A stretch of DNA of 64,000 nucleotides, taken from positions 975,393 to 1,039,392 of the forward strand of contig NW_005434671.1 in NCBI RefSeq assembly GCF_000315625.1, in the 5' to 3' direction. Below the pieces are notes generated by a model. The model worked only from the letters and a program-made list of their open reading frames with translations. It was not told the origin of the DNA and searched no databases. Shown in pieces: positions 34,950 through 46,758 of this stretch (position 1 is the stretch's first letter; every line of letters starts with the position of its first letter). Source of the DNA: Guillardia theta CCMP2712. Its lineage: Eukaryota > Protista > Cryptophyta. The translations under genes were made by a program, and so were the position numbers.

Positions 34950-37900
34950 ATGAGTGGAAAGCGGATAAGACTTTCGCAAGGATCGCGCGAAAAACTCCAC
35001 TTGGCGTCTTTCTGGCCTTTAACATGTGCTAGCAAGTTGCAGGCATGTTTGCTTACACCAGGATGGCTCCAGCGACCATGTTCACGTCGGGAATATTCGG
35101 ACGTTAGGAGGCACGATCCGATTGCTGCTTGCAGTTTGGGCAAGCAGATCAAAGGCGGACACTGTTTGATCACGTCGAGACTGTGTCAGCTCTCAAGGTT
35201 CAACTTGATTTCCAGATCTGCTCGGGTTTCAAGGAACCAGGCCGGAGGTGCGAGCGATCCAGGGCAGAGCGAAGGGAGCCCTTCCTCTGACCGAGATGAA
35301 TCTCGAGTGATGAACAACCAACATGCAAGTGTTGATGAAATGCGCCCCTTCAGAAAGAGTGAGATTTATCCGCGAATCATCACCACTAGTAAGTTGTTGG
35401 GAGAGACAACTATATCTGTGGACAAACCAGCGTTGGTTCTGGTCTCTCTTATACATTCCATTCTGACCAAGTGGATTGAAGTGGAACAAACAATGCAATC
35501 AAGCGTGCAGGACCATAAAGAAAATGCAGATCCACGTGTTTTGATCAATTCAGCACGGTTGCATTCCAGATTCTTGGATCATAACGGTGGGATGCCAACA
35601 GGTAAATTGCTCTGTTTCAATTAGGACAAGACTTCTGACATGCTTTCGTGAAGATGCGTTCGATGATTCGACTTTATCGGGTCTCCGCGAGAAGTTCGAA
35701 GATAGCTTGCTTGTTCACAGAGGGAAACCAGGCTTGGAGATGCACATGCCCAACCCTTACACTGCGAATGAACTTCCACCCCAGTTCAAGAAGTATTCGA
35801 AAAACCCCCTGGCTATCATGCAAAATGTTGATGAAGATAGGCTTCCTCATTTTTTCGAAGTATTGGAGGAGAATATCAAGTCTAGCACATTGCAAGAAAA
35901 TTCCTCGATCCACTCGGCTGTAAAAGCTTCAACCAAGTTGTCAAAAATTTTGGAAAACAAGGCGAAAATGATGTTAAAACATCCCCAGTGGGGAACTGCA
36001 GATTTTGCAAAACAAATTTTCCTGGAACAGAGGGGTTATGAGATTGGAATGTCAATATACAGGTAAGTGTAAATTTTTGTGAGATGCTACACTAGACTCT
36101 GTTGTGACCTTCTGGGCAGGAAAGGGCGAGCTGCAACGGAGATGAGAGGGAAAGGAGGCTCTATGTCAGCTGTTGAAAACCTCTTATTAACTTGGCTGGA
36201 CGATGTTCAGTTGGCAGTACGACGCCACCAAGAGGCTTACGTTTCAAGAACTTTCAAACAGGGTGAATTCGTGCGATTTTTGATTGAGTCCCTTTGTTGT
36301 TCAGCTGTCGAAGATCCAGCCTTGAGTCCTTTCAAAGATGTTGAAATGTTCAACTACAATATGGAGCAATCAATCAGCAAAATCCAAACCCTGCATGAAT
36401 CAGACGATGAGGGAATTGGATTGATTGGCCCAATTTTGATGAGTTTGCCAGCAAGTAAGATTGCTGTCATCACAATTCATGAACTCCTGTCTTCATTGCT
36501 TTCGGGAGGTGGACAAGTTCATTTTGTACGCGCTGCTAGAACCGTCGGAGAAGGAATTCAGGCCGAACTCGGCTTAGAGCACGTCAAGAAAGCTAAGAAT
36601 CGATTTCTCCTCAGCTCTCGAAGGGTACCTGCCTTCTTTCTTCGTGCTAGGCATTTGACAATTTGTCTTGACAGCTGAGCGCTCTTTGTAAAGCGCACGA
36701 TGTTCGCAAGTTAAACAAACTCCTCTCACGGTTGGAGAGCCAGCCGCTATGGGATGCGAGAATGCAAGTGAAGGTTGAATATGTTGGTTTGTGAAACGAA
36801 GTATTGATGCTCTCGACAGGTGGGCGCCAAACTCATTCAAATACTGATGAACAGTGCAAAGTACAAAGGTTCAGCTGCTGTCACGCATGTTGTGCAAGCA
36901 CAAATGTCAAATAAAGGTATGAGGAAGAAGGGGTTCTTGGCCCTAGACCAGGAAATCTTGCAAGATTTGGAGAAACAACATGATTCTGTTGCTGCGCACA
37001 ATCCGCTGCTTCTTCCTATGATCATCCGTCCGTTTCCATGGATGTCGTTTGATGTTGGCTGCTATATTCAAGCGCGGACAAAGGTTATGAGGATTGTTGA
37101 CAAAGGATTGCAAGAAGAATCATGCCGCAATCATGATCTCTCTAGAATTTATGCTGCGCTCGACGTCCTTTCAGGTCTGTCGTGCTTGAATATTCATTGG
37201 TGGGGCTGAAGACAAGCAGGCACTGGCTGGTGCATTAATCGTCGTTTACTTAACGTCGTCCAACATGCATGGTTGGACGATATGATTTTGGGTGAGATTC
37301 CGCAGAAAGATGACTTCGCCGTAAGTTGTTTGGCTGTCTCGAATGCTTTCTGAGTGTGACATAGGTCCCTGAGCTGGATCCGGACTGCATTGATGCTGCC
37401 GAGTCCTACTCACAATACAGAGAAAAGAAGAGGGTAGAGCAAAGAAACAAGGATCTACACTCCCTCCGCTGCTCTCTGATCAATCAGTTGCATGTTGCCA
37501 CCACTATGTCAGATTTCAAGGAGTTCTTCTTCCCACACAATCTAGACTTCCGTGGGCGAGCGTATCCGATTCCGCCTCACTTGAACCACCTGGGAAGCGA
37601 CATCTGCAGAGGGCTGCTCAAGTTTTCCAAGAAGAAGCCATTGGGAAAGAAAGGATTCTACTGGTTGAAAGTTCACTTGGCGAATTTATTTGGAGAAAAC
37701 AAGATCAGCTACGATGATCGAGTCAAGTGGACAGAGGAGCGAATGAGTCAGATCCTTCACTCAGCTAAGAATCCTCTGGATAGTGCTTCAAGGAAGTTCT
37801 GGTTATCTGCAGATGATCCATGGCAGGCTCTTGCTACCAGCATGGAGATCCAGGAAGCCATCGAATCTGGAGACCCGTCAACCTACCTGAGCAATCTTCC

Positions 37901-39371
37901 AGTCCATCAAGACGGAAGTTGTAATGGATTACAGCATTATGCTGCGTTGGGATTGGACGAGATAGGAGGGGAGCAGGTTGAGATCTCGTTGGAATGTTGG
38001 TTACCCTGATCCCATGTTCTTAGGTCAATCTCGTACCTGGTGAGAAGCCTTCGGATCCTTACACGACGGTATGCTGATTGCTTGTGGATTGAAAGGTTTT
38101 GATGAAAGGACTGCAGGTTTGCAATCGCGTGCTGGAAGCGCTCGATATGGACTTGCGTGATCCTTCCTCTGCAGACCACGAGGTCTGTTGTGATCCTATC
38201 CGATCGTGTGGTTGACAGAATGCTTCGTTAAGGTGTCGAAGTTAGTAGACAAGAGGGTCTCGAGGAAAGTCGTGAAGCAGACCGTTATGACAACCGTTTA
38301 CGGCGTGACTTTCATTGGAGCAAGAGAGCAAATCTACAACAGGCTGTATGAGGCTTATGGAATTCCTGGGACTAATGAGCTCCAAGAGAACGACCTCTAT
38401 CGGTGCATGAAATTTCACTTGTTGCCCTTGCTTTCAGCTCTAACCCGAGCCCAGCGCTTCCATGTACCTGGCAAAGCTCACGCTAGCTAGTGTTGGAAAC
38501 ATCTTCGTCGGTGCCAGAAAGACGATGGAATGGCTCACGTCTGTCGCTAAGGTCCTTGTCCTAGAGTGGTCCCATTGGCCTTCTGATCTTCTTGGCAGAT
38601 TGTTGCATCAACTGGCCAGCCTGTTCGCTGGACGACGCCTTTGGGTTTGCCCGTTGTCCAGGTGAGCTCTTGAGATGCCGGTGGGCAGAAGGACAGGCGA
38701 TCTCACGCGTGTTCCAGCCTTACTACAAGGAGACCATGATGTCAGTGGAGACTGCTGTGCAGAACATTAGTCTGCTGAAGGTTGTGCTCTTGACCCCTTC
38801 TAATCCTCCTCCTGAGTGTTGTTCTGCAGTGTGATGAGAACGGACCCATCAACAAGGTTGACGTTGACTCTTTCATTGCCTACGTGTCTGACGTGTGCGG
38901 CAGTTGAAGCAGCGGACTGCATTCCCTCCCAACTTCGTCCACTCCCTCGACTCCACGCACCTCCTCATGACTGCGATCGAGTTCGATCGGTCTGACTGAG
39001 ATCTCAAGCCGGGCCGGCGCTGACTCTGCTCCCTGCTGCAGGCGCGGGAAGACGTTTGCAGGTGTGCATGACAGTTTCTGGACGCATGCTTGCGACTACG
39101 AGGAGCTTGCGCTAGTGCTGAGAGAGCAGGTACCTTTCCCTCGCCTGTCCCCGGCCACTGATGATCTTTTGCAGTTTGTTCACCTGTACACCCAGCCCAT
39201 CCTCAATGATCTCAAGAACAGTTTCGAGCGGGATTACCCCACCATCGGACGCTTGCCGGTACCTCTTGTGCTGGTCCTTGTACAAGGATCTGATCGAGCT
39301 TGCAGGACTTGCCCGAGAAAGGGAGACTGGATATCAACGTGGTGAAGCAAAGCCCGTACTTTTTCAGCTGA
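34950..39371 (+). CDS. RPOT: Phage T7-type single-subunit RNA polymerase (nuclear-encoded, mitochondrial type), multi-exon
   Basis: Motifs [53 protein letters not shown] and GVHDSFWTH, with C-terminal SPYFFS*. Confidence 0.95.
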
Positions 39372-39532
39372 TGTAGATGTTTTATTCTTTCTCAAACCAC
39401 ACCCCAATGAACTTGTATTGTTTTGACCTTTCCTGTGCTTTTGCCTCTTGCTCTTTACCTCAGCCTTGACACCACAACCAAATATCTGCCACATGCTGAT
39501 CTCCCAGTGAGACCTCATTTTTCGCGATCCAT

Positions 39533-39609
39533 CTCGATGACTTCTCAACAAGTTGTAATTCTTTTCAAACTCGATGACTTCTCAACAAGTTGTAATTCTT
39601 TTCAAACTC
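39533..39609. repeat. 37-bp tandem duplication
   Basis: ctcgatgacttctcaacaagttgtaattcttttcaaa occurs twice in tandem. Confidence 0.9.
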
Positions 39610-39737
39610 TCGTCTCCTGGCTTTTCTCCTTGCTGTTCGAACAGCCTTTCTCCCTCCATCTTTCAACTCTAAACCCACACTCACTCGTAGTGCATTGAAC
39701 CGTATTGAAAAACTCAGAAACATTCTGCAATCACAAT

Positions 39738-39819
39738 GACATCGTGGCCGAGCGGTTAAGGCGGCAGACTCGAAATCTGCTGGGGTCTCCCCGCGTGAGT
39801 TCGAATCTCACCGATGTCG
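39738..39819 (+). tRNA. tRNA-Ser (CGA)
   Basis: 82-nt cloverleaf GACATCG...CGATGTCG with anticodon arm GCAGA-CT-CGA-AA-TCTGC, a long variable arm and GTTCGAATC. A T-run Pol III terminator follows. Confidence 0.96.
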
Positions 39820-40092
39820 TTTCTTTTTGACCGGCAACGTTGATCCTGATGCGGGCCCACAATAATATATTCAAGCAAGAATTTCAAGTTTCCGGATGTG
39901 ATTTGCAGGCGATCCTCAGAATTTGAACCACTACGAGTGAACAGGCTTGTCTGCCATGATTGTTTACTTAACTTGATGGTATGAGGTGCCGTAGGAGTAA
40001 GCTCGGGCTGACAACAATTGACCATACGACCTCTTGTAACGGAAATCTGCAACGGTCGATCGTCAGCTTGTTTCCTAGTCAAAAATCAAGTT

Positions 40093-40369
40093 CATGGGGG
40101 CGGTGCCGGCGGTGATGAGGGGGAGGCAGGTAGAAGGGGAAGCGGCGGTGGAGGAGGAGAACATGCGCAGGAACCTGAGGATCCTCATCGATGACGAGGT
40201 CGTTCACGCTACGTACATGTGAGACCCTCTCGCTCTCTCGCTCTCTCGTTTGCCCGCGTCAGCCGGATGATTTTCTGCTCCGTCTGACGATGTTGCAATC
40301 AGCCCCGGGGAGAAGCTCAACTCGCCTTCGGTCAAAGCATCTCCCCTCCTCAGAGGATCAAAAAGGTGA
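40093..40369 (+). CDS. Possible two-exon small protein (~61 aa)
   Basis: MGAVPAVMRG...NLRILIDDEVVHAT splices in frame across a GT-AG intron to PGEKLNSPSVKASPLLRGSKR*. No recognisable domain. Confidence 0.3.
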
Positions 40370-40473
40370 TAGAGCGCATCTTGCCTGCTCGCATCATGTC
40401 ATGCCATGTTGCTCGCCAGCGTTCGTTTCAATCCGGTTGAGACAGAGATCATAATGAATTCGTTGCCCGCGCG

Positions 40474-41901
40474 CTATGATGCAAGGCAAGCAGATACCTT
40501 GTAGTGATGGTCGTGACATCCCAGCAGGTCTCCCTTTGGACTGCAGAAGAAGAACGAGCCAACGAGCTCCATGTCTCCACCATATCGCGAGAAAGAAGTG
40601 TCGAGCGGCCCTGAGCGAGCTCCCTTTGAGTTTTGTAGGATAGATGTATTCACAGGAAAAGACATTTTGTAAAATATGACATTGGGATAGCTTGCGCTCG
40701 CTTTCACCTGACGGGACTATAGTACATGCCGAGCCTGAGACGTTGCACGTCTCATCTGATCTCGAAAGCCTTCATGGAATATGCCGCGTTTGTGGGAAAT
40801 TTCTACGAGAGTAGTCCGTCAAGACTGGACGGCAAGAGGGAGCTTGGGTACCTGGAATTGCTCGAATCCTTGTTTGGAGGAGTTCCACACGTAGATGTAA
40901 GATGAGACATCGAAAGCTCCGTTCCTGCTCAATACGTTGCACCAGTCAAGACGATCCCGCGAGGGACAGGAGAAGTCAAGGTCACCAGTGGTTGGAGATG
41001 AGGATGAAATCGCGAAGCTGAAGACATGAAAGATCAGAGATCAGAGTCAGATCAGCGCAGCGCTACCTCCTGCATTGATCCTCCCGGAATCCCCAGGGCC
41101 GAGAAATGCTCCACATTGATAGCGCCTGAAGGAGGAGGGCAACAGATTACAAGTCGAGTCAGTCAAGACCACTCGGGTTCACCGTAAGTCTCCACGTGCT
41201 GCAGGAAGTCGAACTTAGACGTAGTAGCGTTCCACCTGCATGCCCCGTCATCCCCTCGCTCCTTCCCTCCTGCCGCCTGTCACCGATGGATCGTCGAGTT
41301 GGCGACGTTGGACACGAAGGGGAAGCCAGCCATGAAGACGGCAGAGGCCAGGAAGACTTCCCCACTCGAGGTGGCGAACGGCTTGACTGAACGCACTTGA
41401 CTGACCTGCAGCGCCAGGGCGTCAGGAGGCTTTGACGTCACGTCTTCACTCGCTACCTCGATGGATTGAATCAGTTCGAACTGTTGAGCCTGGGGGTTGA
41501 AGACGTAGACCTGTCATCAGTTTGACTAGCATGAAGAGTTTGACAAGCTCAGCTCGCCGAACCAGCACGGGAAGATTGCTGGACGTGGAGTCCTCGTATC
41601 TCCCCAGGACCAGATATCCTTTCCCGTTGAACTGCAAGCTTCATTCACCTCCTTGAATCCTACAACGAATCGTTTGAAATTTACCTCGTAGGTTTCGACT
41701 TTCCGTGCCGAAGTCGCCGAAATCGTGGTGACGAGCTGGAATTCTCCGCAGAGCCAGACGGGGAACCGGCACCTCTTGGTGTCTGTGTATGTCAACCACT
41801 TGTAGACTTGCTGGTTGACGTCGATGTAGTTGATGACAGCAAAGTAAGTGACGCCTGCATGCCCGGTCAGGGGCTTAGTGGGAAGAGAGGCAAAGGTGCT
41901 G

Positions 41902-41932
<31 letters not shown>

Positions 41933-44900
41933 ATGATGAAGATGAAGATGAAGATGAAGATGAAGATGAATCAGGAAAAGAAGAAGATCAAGAAGGAGAA
42001 GAAGGAGAACACGTAAATGGTGATGATAACGTTGACGATAGACGACGACGACGACGACACTTACTTAGATTCCCCATGAAGCCGTAACTGAAAGAGTGAA
42101 GGTCTACAGTCCCAGTGCTCACGGTAAAAGTCGCGCCGGACAACTGGACCAGCTGCCCCTCGTTGGAGTTGAGGCGGTATACCGAGCTCGAGGAGGTTGC
42201 GACCGCAATGTAGGACTGACAGCACAGTGAGAGGAAACGGGAGGGAGGAGAAGATCATACCTCTCCGTCTGAATAGAAGGGCTCAGCCAAGGTGTAGCCC
42301 GTGTTGTTCCAGGTGAGCACCAGCTCGAGACTAGCCCTGCTCAGCTCGTTCCTCTCTAGCATCGGAGGAGAGAAGACGAAGCGGTAGAAGCGGAACTGAT
42401 AGCCCCAGAACACAAGGAAGTGCTGGTCGTTCCGCTTCACGTAGGACACACCCAGCAAGTTTCCTCCCACGTTGTCGCGGATCAGCTTGTTTGCCGCCGT
42501 GACCTCGAACTGTCCTCCTCCTGTGAAGTTCCACGGGTACACGTTTGACGGGCTGCTGTCGAGTAGCTGGACCAGCCCCAAGAAGATCCCGCGGACGCAG
42601 TTTGACTGTGAGGAGAAGAAAGTTCAGCTGACTCAGAGCAGTGAGCTCCGGCGTCCTCACCTCGTTGGTGCTGGCAGGTGGAGAGGAGACCGCGTAGGTA
42701 CCGCTGCAGACCTTGCACGAGTCCGTGCTGACGGCTGGCGAGACTTGCGCGTACGTTCCAGCTGGGCAAGATAGGCAGGAGCTCAAGCCTGTCGAAGCTG
42801 GATGATCTGCCAGCACGAGGGCGTGTCAAGGCGGAGGAGGAGGAGGAGGAGGAGGAGGAGGAGGAGGAGGAGTCAAACCTTTGAAGAACCCTGTCGGACA
42901 AGGCGCACATGGCGGGGAGGCATCGTTGTTGGCGCTATAGTACCCACGAGCGCAGAGGCAGTCCTGCACAGTGCCGGACTGAGGAACGTCTGCCAGCTCC
43001 GACCCGAAGGGACATTCCTGGCAGGTGTCGTTGCCAGCCGTTGACCACATGCCAGTCGGACATCTCGCCATTGCGGCATGTCCTCCCTTGCAAAAGTAGC
43101 CGGGGAGGCAACGCTCGCACGTCAGCTGCCCCTGGTCCAGCCCCACCGCATAGTAACCGGGCTCACAGTAGCAGTCTTGGATGGAGGAGGAGGCCGTCAG
43201 ATAGGTGAAGGACTTCGGCGGGCATGCGACGCAGGAGCCGATGCCGGGGTTAGCCTTGTAGTAGTTGATCTTGCATGCCGTGCAGGGCAGCCCTGTGGCA
43301 GGGTCGCCGACGTAGCCGGGTGTGCAGTAGCAGTCCTGGAGCTTCTTGCTGCCTATGGGGCTCAAGGCGTTGGCAGGGCAGAGCTTGCACTCGAACTGAC
43401 CCGTCTGATCGACGTAACTCCCTGCATCGCACTGAAACCTTTTGTTCTGCGGGCCTCCGGGGCATCGGAACCCGAGCTCGCAGTCGATGCAGGTGTCACA
43501 GGAGCCTCCGACGTAGCGTCCTGGGGAGCAGCTGGTGGTCGACTGTGTCTGGCACAGCACACAAGAGTCTGCCGAGCTCGCCGAGCCGCCAGTGCAGATC
43601 CACCCGTTCTCCACTGTACACTGGCTGCTGCATCCTGGACTCTGACCCCCGTCGTCGCACTCTTCGTCGTTGTTCACCAGCCCGTCTCCGCAGATGGCGA
43701 TGGAGTAGACGCCCGTCGCGTCTTGACTGTAAACGGAGAAGTTGAGGAGCTCGTAGGAGAGATCCACTGAGGCAACGGCTCGGAGGCTGTGGATGCCACC
43801 TGCGACAGGAGTCAGCACGACGTCTCGTCTCCTCCTCACCTCTCTACCTCTCAGCTGGATGTTTCCGTTGAGCAAGGCACCGGACACCGACGGGTCGCTC
43901 TGGTCTGTCGTGTACCAGACCCTCGCAGTTTTGGGAGTCGACGAGACGTTGACAAGCAAGAAACCGTTCTTACTCAGGTCAAACTTGCCGGGAGCGGGTG
44001 AGAACGTTGGTTGCTTCACCTCCTGCACACACACAGATGTTCCGATTATCACAGAGGCCGCCGGGATGTTGATCGTGATCCCATAGAACGTCTTCTGCCC
44101 TCCGACGCTGCACGACCAGCCCTTCTCCACCTTGCAGGAGCCGTCGCACCCGTCGTTCCCCACTAGGTTCCCATCATCACATTGCTCGTCCGCTGTCCGA
44201 TTGCCATCCCCGCACACTGTGACGCATCTGTCCGGCTTGAGATTGTCCCCTCCGCTACACCTCCATCCCTTCTCAACCCGGCAGGACGACGAGCACCCGT
44301 CCCCGCTCTTGGTGTTCCCGTCGTCACATCCCTCCGCCACGTTCTTACTTCCGTCCCCGCACACTGCTGGGATGGTGATAGTGATGAGCCCGATGAGGTC
44401 CGTCTGCACGTTGGAGAAGCCCTCCTTGTCCAGGTTGGACCCCAAGGACGAGGCGAAGGCTCTGCAGTAGGGTAAGTTGACGGAGAGAGACAGCAAGGGA
44501 GCGAGAAGGGCAGACAGAGAAGCATGTCAGGCAGAGAGACAGGTCAGGAAGCAAACATACCCTGGAATCGCATCCCGGATACTGATTGCATTTTCCTTGC
44601 TCTTGCAAGCAACCTTGGCAGTCACAGCGACCGACGGTTGTATCTGCAAGATCCTACGAACCTGGGAGGCGCCGTAGAGAGTGATGCTGACAACGATGAC
44701 ATCTCCTGGCTCTAGAGCAAACTGAGACAGACATGCAGCTACGGCTCGCTGAAATCTCGGCTCCGGCAGGTCCCCTGGCGCGCTGATCCCCTTCAGTCTC
44801 ACCATGAACTGAACTGTCGGGCTGAGGGAGCTGGCTGCGGTGCTGGTGGGTCCGATGATGCTGTCGTTGATTGTCTGGGAGGAGCTCAATCTGACCCCGA

Positions 44901-45467
44901 AGAGAATACCAAGGACGATCGCTGCGATCGCACAGACGGCAAACAGCCCAGCGAGCAGGTAGTACTTCTTGCGGCTCGAACGAGCCTTGCCGCTGTCCGA
45001 GGTGGAGGACGAGCTTTCCAAGTCCAGGTACGCAGTCTTTGAGCGGAGAGGAGGAGGGAGGTTGTACTTGAGAGGTGACTCGACCATGTTGGCTTGGGTA
45101 GCATTGGCCTTCGCCTTTTGATTGTTCTCAGCCTGCAGCTTTAGTCGAATCTCTTCCTCTTCCTCTCGCTTCTGCTTTGCGATCTGATACTGCTGCTGCA
45201 GGTCGGCTGCATGCTCGACCTCTAGAGCCGTGACTTTCGCCTCATGCTGGGCCCTGAGGGCTTCAATCTTCAGCTGGGCTTTGTTCGCCACGTGCACAAC
45301 ATCTAGGTTGTACTTGTCTCTGGTGAAGTCCTGCTTGCACAGTGAGGTTGTACCTCTTGCTCAGCTTCCTCAACACTCACCCGCTTTCTCTCCCGGGTCT
45401 CCTCGGCCTCCAGCAACTTTGCCCTGTATGATCCTGGCCTCGGGGCTGAATCACCATTTGGTTCCAT
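40474..45467 (-). CDS. Large type II membrane protein with Myxococcus Cys-rich repeats, a CHB_HEX_C-like domain, GCC2/GCC3 (ephrin-receptor-like) repeats and an EPTP/EAR-like C-terminus; ends approximate
   Basis: TM segment YYLLAGLFAVCAIAAIVLGILFG. Three CGDG..E.CDDG...GCS..C.VE.GW.C repeats. PTFSPAPG...VWYTTDQSDP. Several C..CP.....S..DC.C..GY repeats. YKW...FQLVTTISATSARKVE. Confidence 0.75.
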
Positions 45468-46758
45468 GGAGTTAGTGCAGCTGTCTGGATTTTGATTCAG
45501 AACCCGTGGCCGATCTATATCTTCTGCCCAGATATCACAGGCTGACGAGACATTTCCTGCAATGAAGACGAACATGAGTTATAGCAAGAACCAAGTTGAA
45601 GCTGACAGGTTTGTATATGCTGTTCATGGCTGATTTCATGGCTACACACTCCTCTGAGTATTCTGAATATCCCCCCTCTCCGTCCAGTGACCTTGCACCT
45701 CAGTGTAAATAGCCGTTCTCACTGATCAACTGTTTCTTTCTCAGACCTGAGTGTCCAAGAGAAGTTTGCTTCAGCACTAGATCAAGAACAACCAGTGTCT
45801 ACGCAGATGAATCCCTGTTCTCTCACCACTTCTCGTAGCCTCGCCTTCTCAGAGGCAGCATACATCACATCGTGATGTCCTTTTAAGTTCTTCGCACTAT
45901 CTCTAGTACCTTCTCCCTCTCTCCTCCTCTCTCCTCCTCTCTCCTCCTCTCTCCTCCTCTCTCCTCTTCTTTCCCTTCTTCCCCCCGCCCCCACCGCCTC
46001 TTGTCTGTGACATTTCGCCTGTAGAATCCCGCATCACCCTACCCCCATCTATCTTAGTTTTGTCCTCTTCTTGAGAGGATTCCCCGAGCCTACCCCTACT
46101 ATTCAACTCCAGGACTTGTACATATGGACCCCTACTTTATCACCCCCTACCCCCTGCATTGTCATCACTACCCCCTCCTTGACGCTTCGCACGACGAGTC
46201 ATTCTTTTTTACTTGAAAGCTCTGAGGCGAGTAGAGTGACACAGGCTGCCAGTGCCATAAGGGCCTTCTCCGACGGCCCGCGCCCCCGGGCCCCCGATCC
46301 GGTTGAACTTCGGAACGGCAGTGTCACTGTCACCGTGGCACGGCTGCCGCAGCGCTGGATGGTCTCTCGGCCTCGCAGGACGTCTCAGGTCAGGGACGGC
46401 GGCATCGTTGGCATGGCGCGACGCGGGGCGGTTTGGTTCTCGCTGTCTTTTCTCTTCTCCTCTTAGCCTTACCATCAAACGTGTGCTCCCGGGCAAGCGA
46501 TCCGAATGCATAATGCCATGGCCGGGCCCGGGCCGCGGCCCGGGCCCCGCCAGAGGAGTCCGGCAGGCCGGGCTGTCACTGGTCAACCGTCACAGCGTTC
46601 ATATCATATAAAGAATTCCTCAAATAATATTTCCAATAGCATATTACGTTTCCAAGTTTATTGTAATTTTCAAATTTCATGGAAAATATTCCGGATGTTC
46701 AAAACTGATCCAAATATTCCGGGGTGGGGTGGATGATGGGTGTAAGAGGGGCGCCGCA

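Noticed and set aside
34950-39371. T7-like RNA polymerase as a prophage or viral insertion
   Set aside because: It has many spliceosomal introns, a long N-terminal extension and no viral neighbours. This is the normal nuclear-encoded organellar polymerase.
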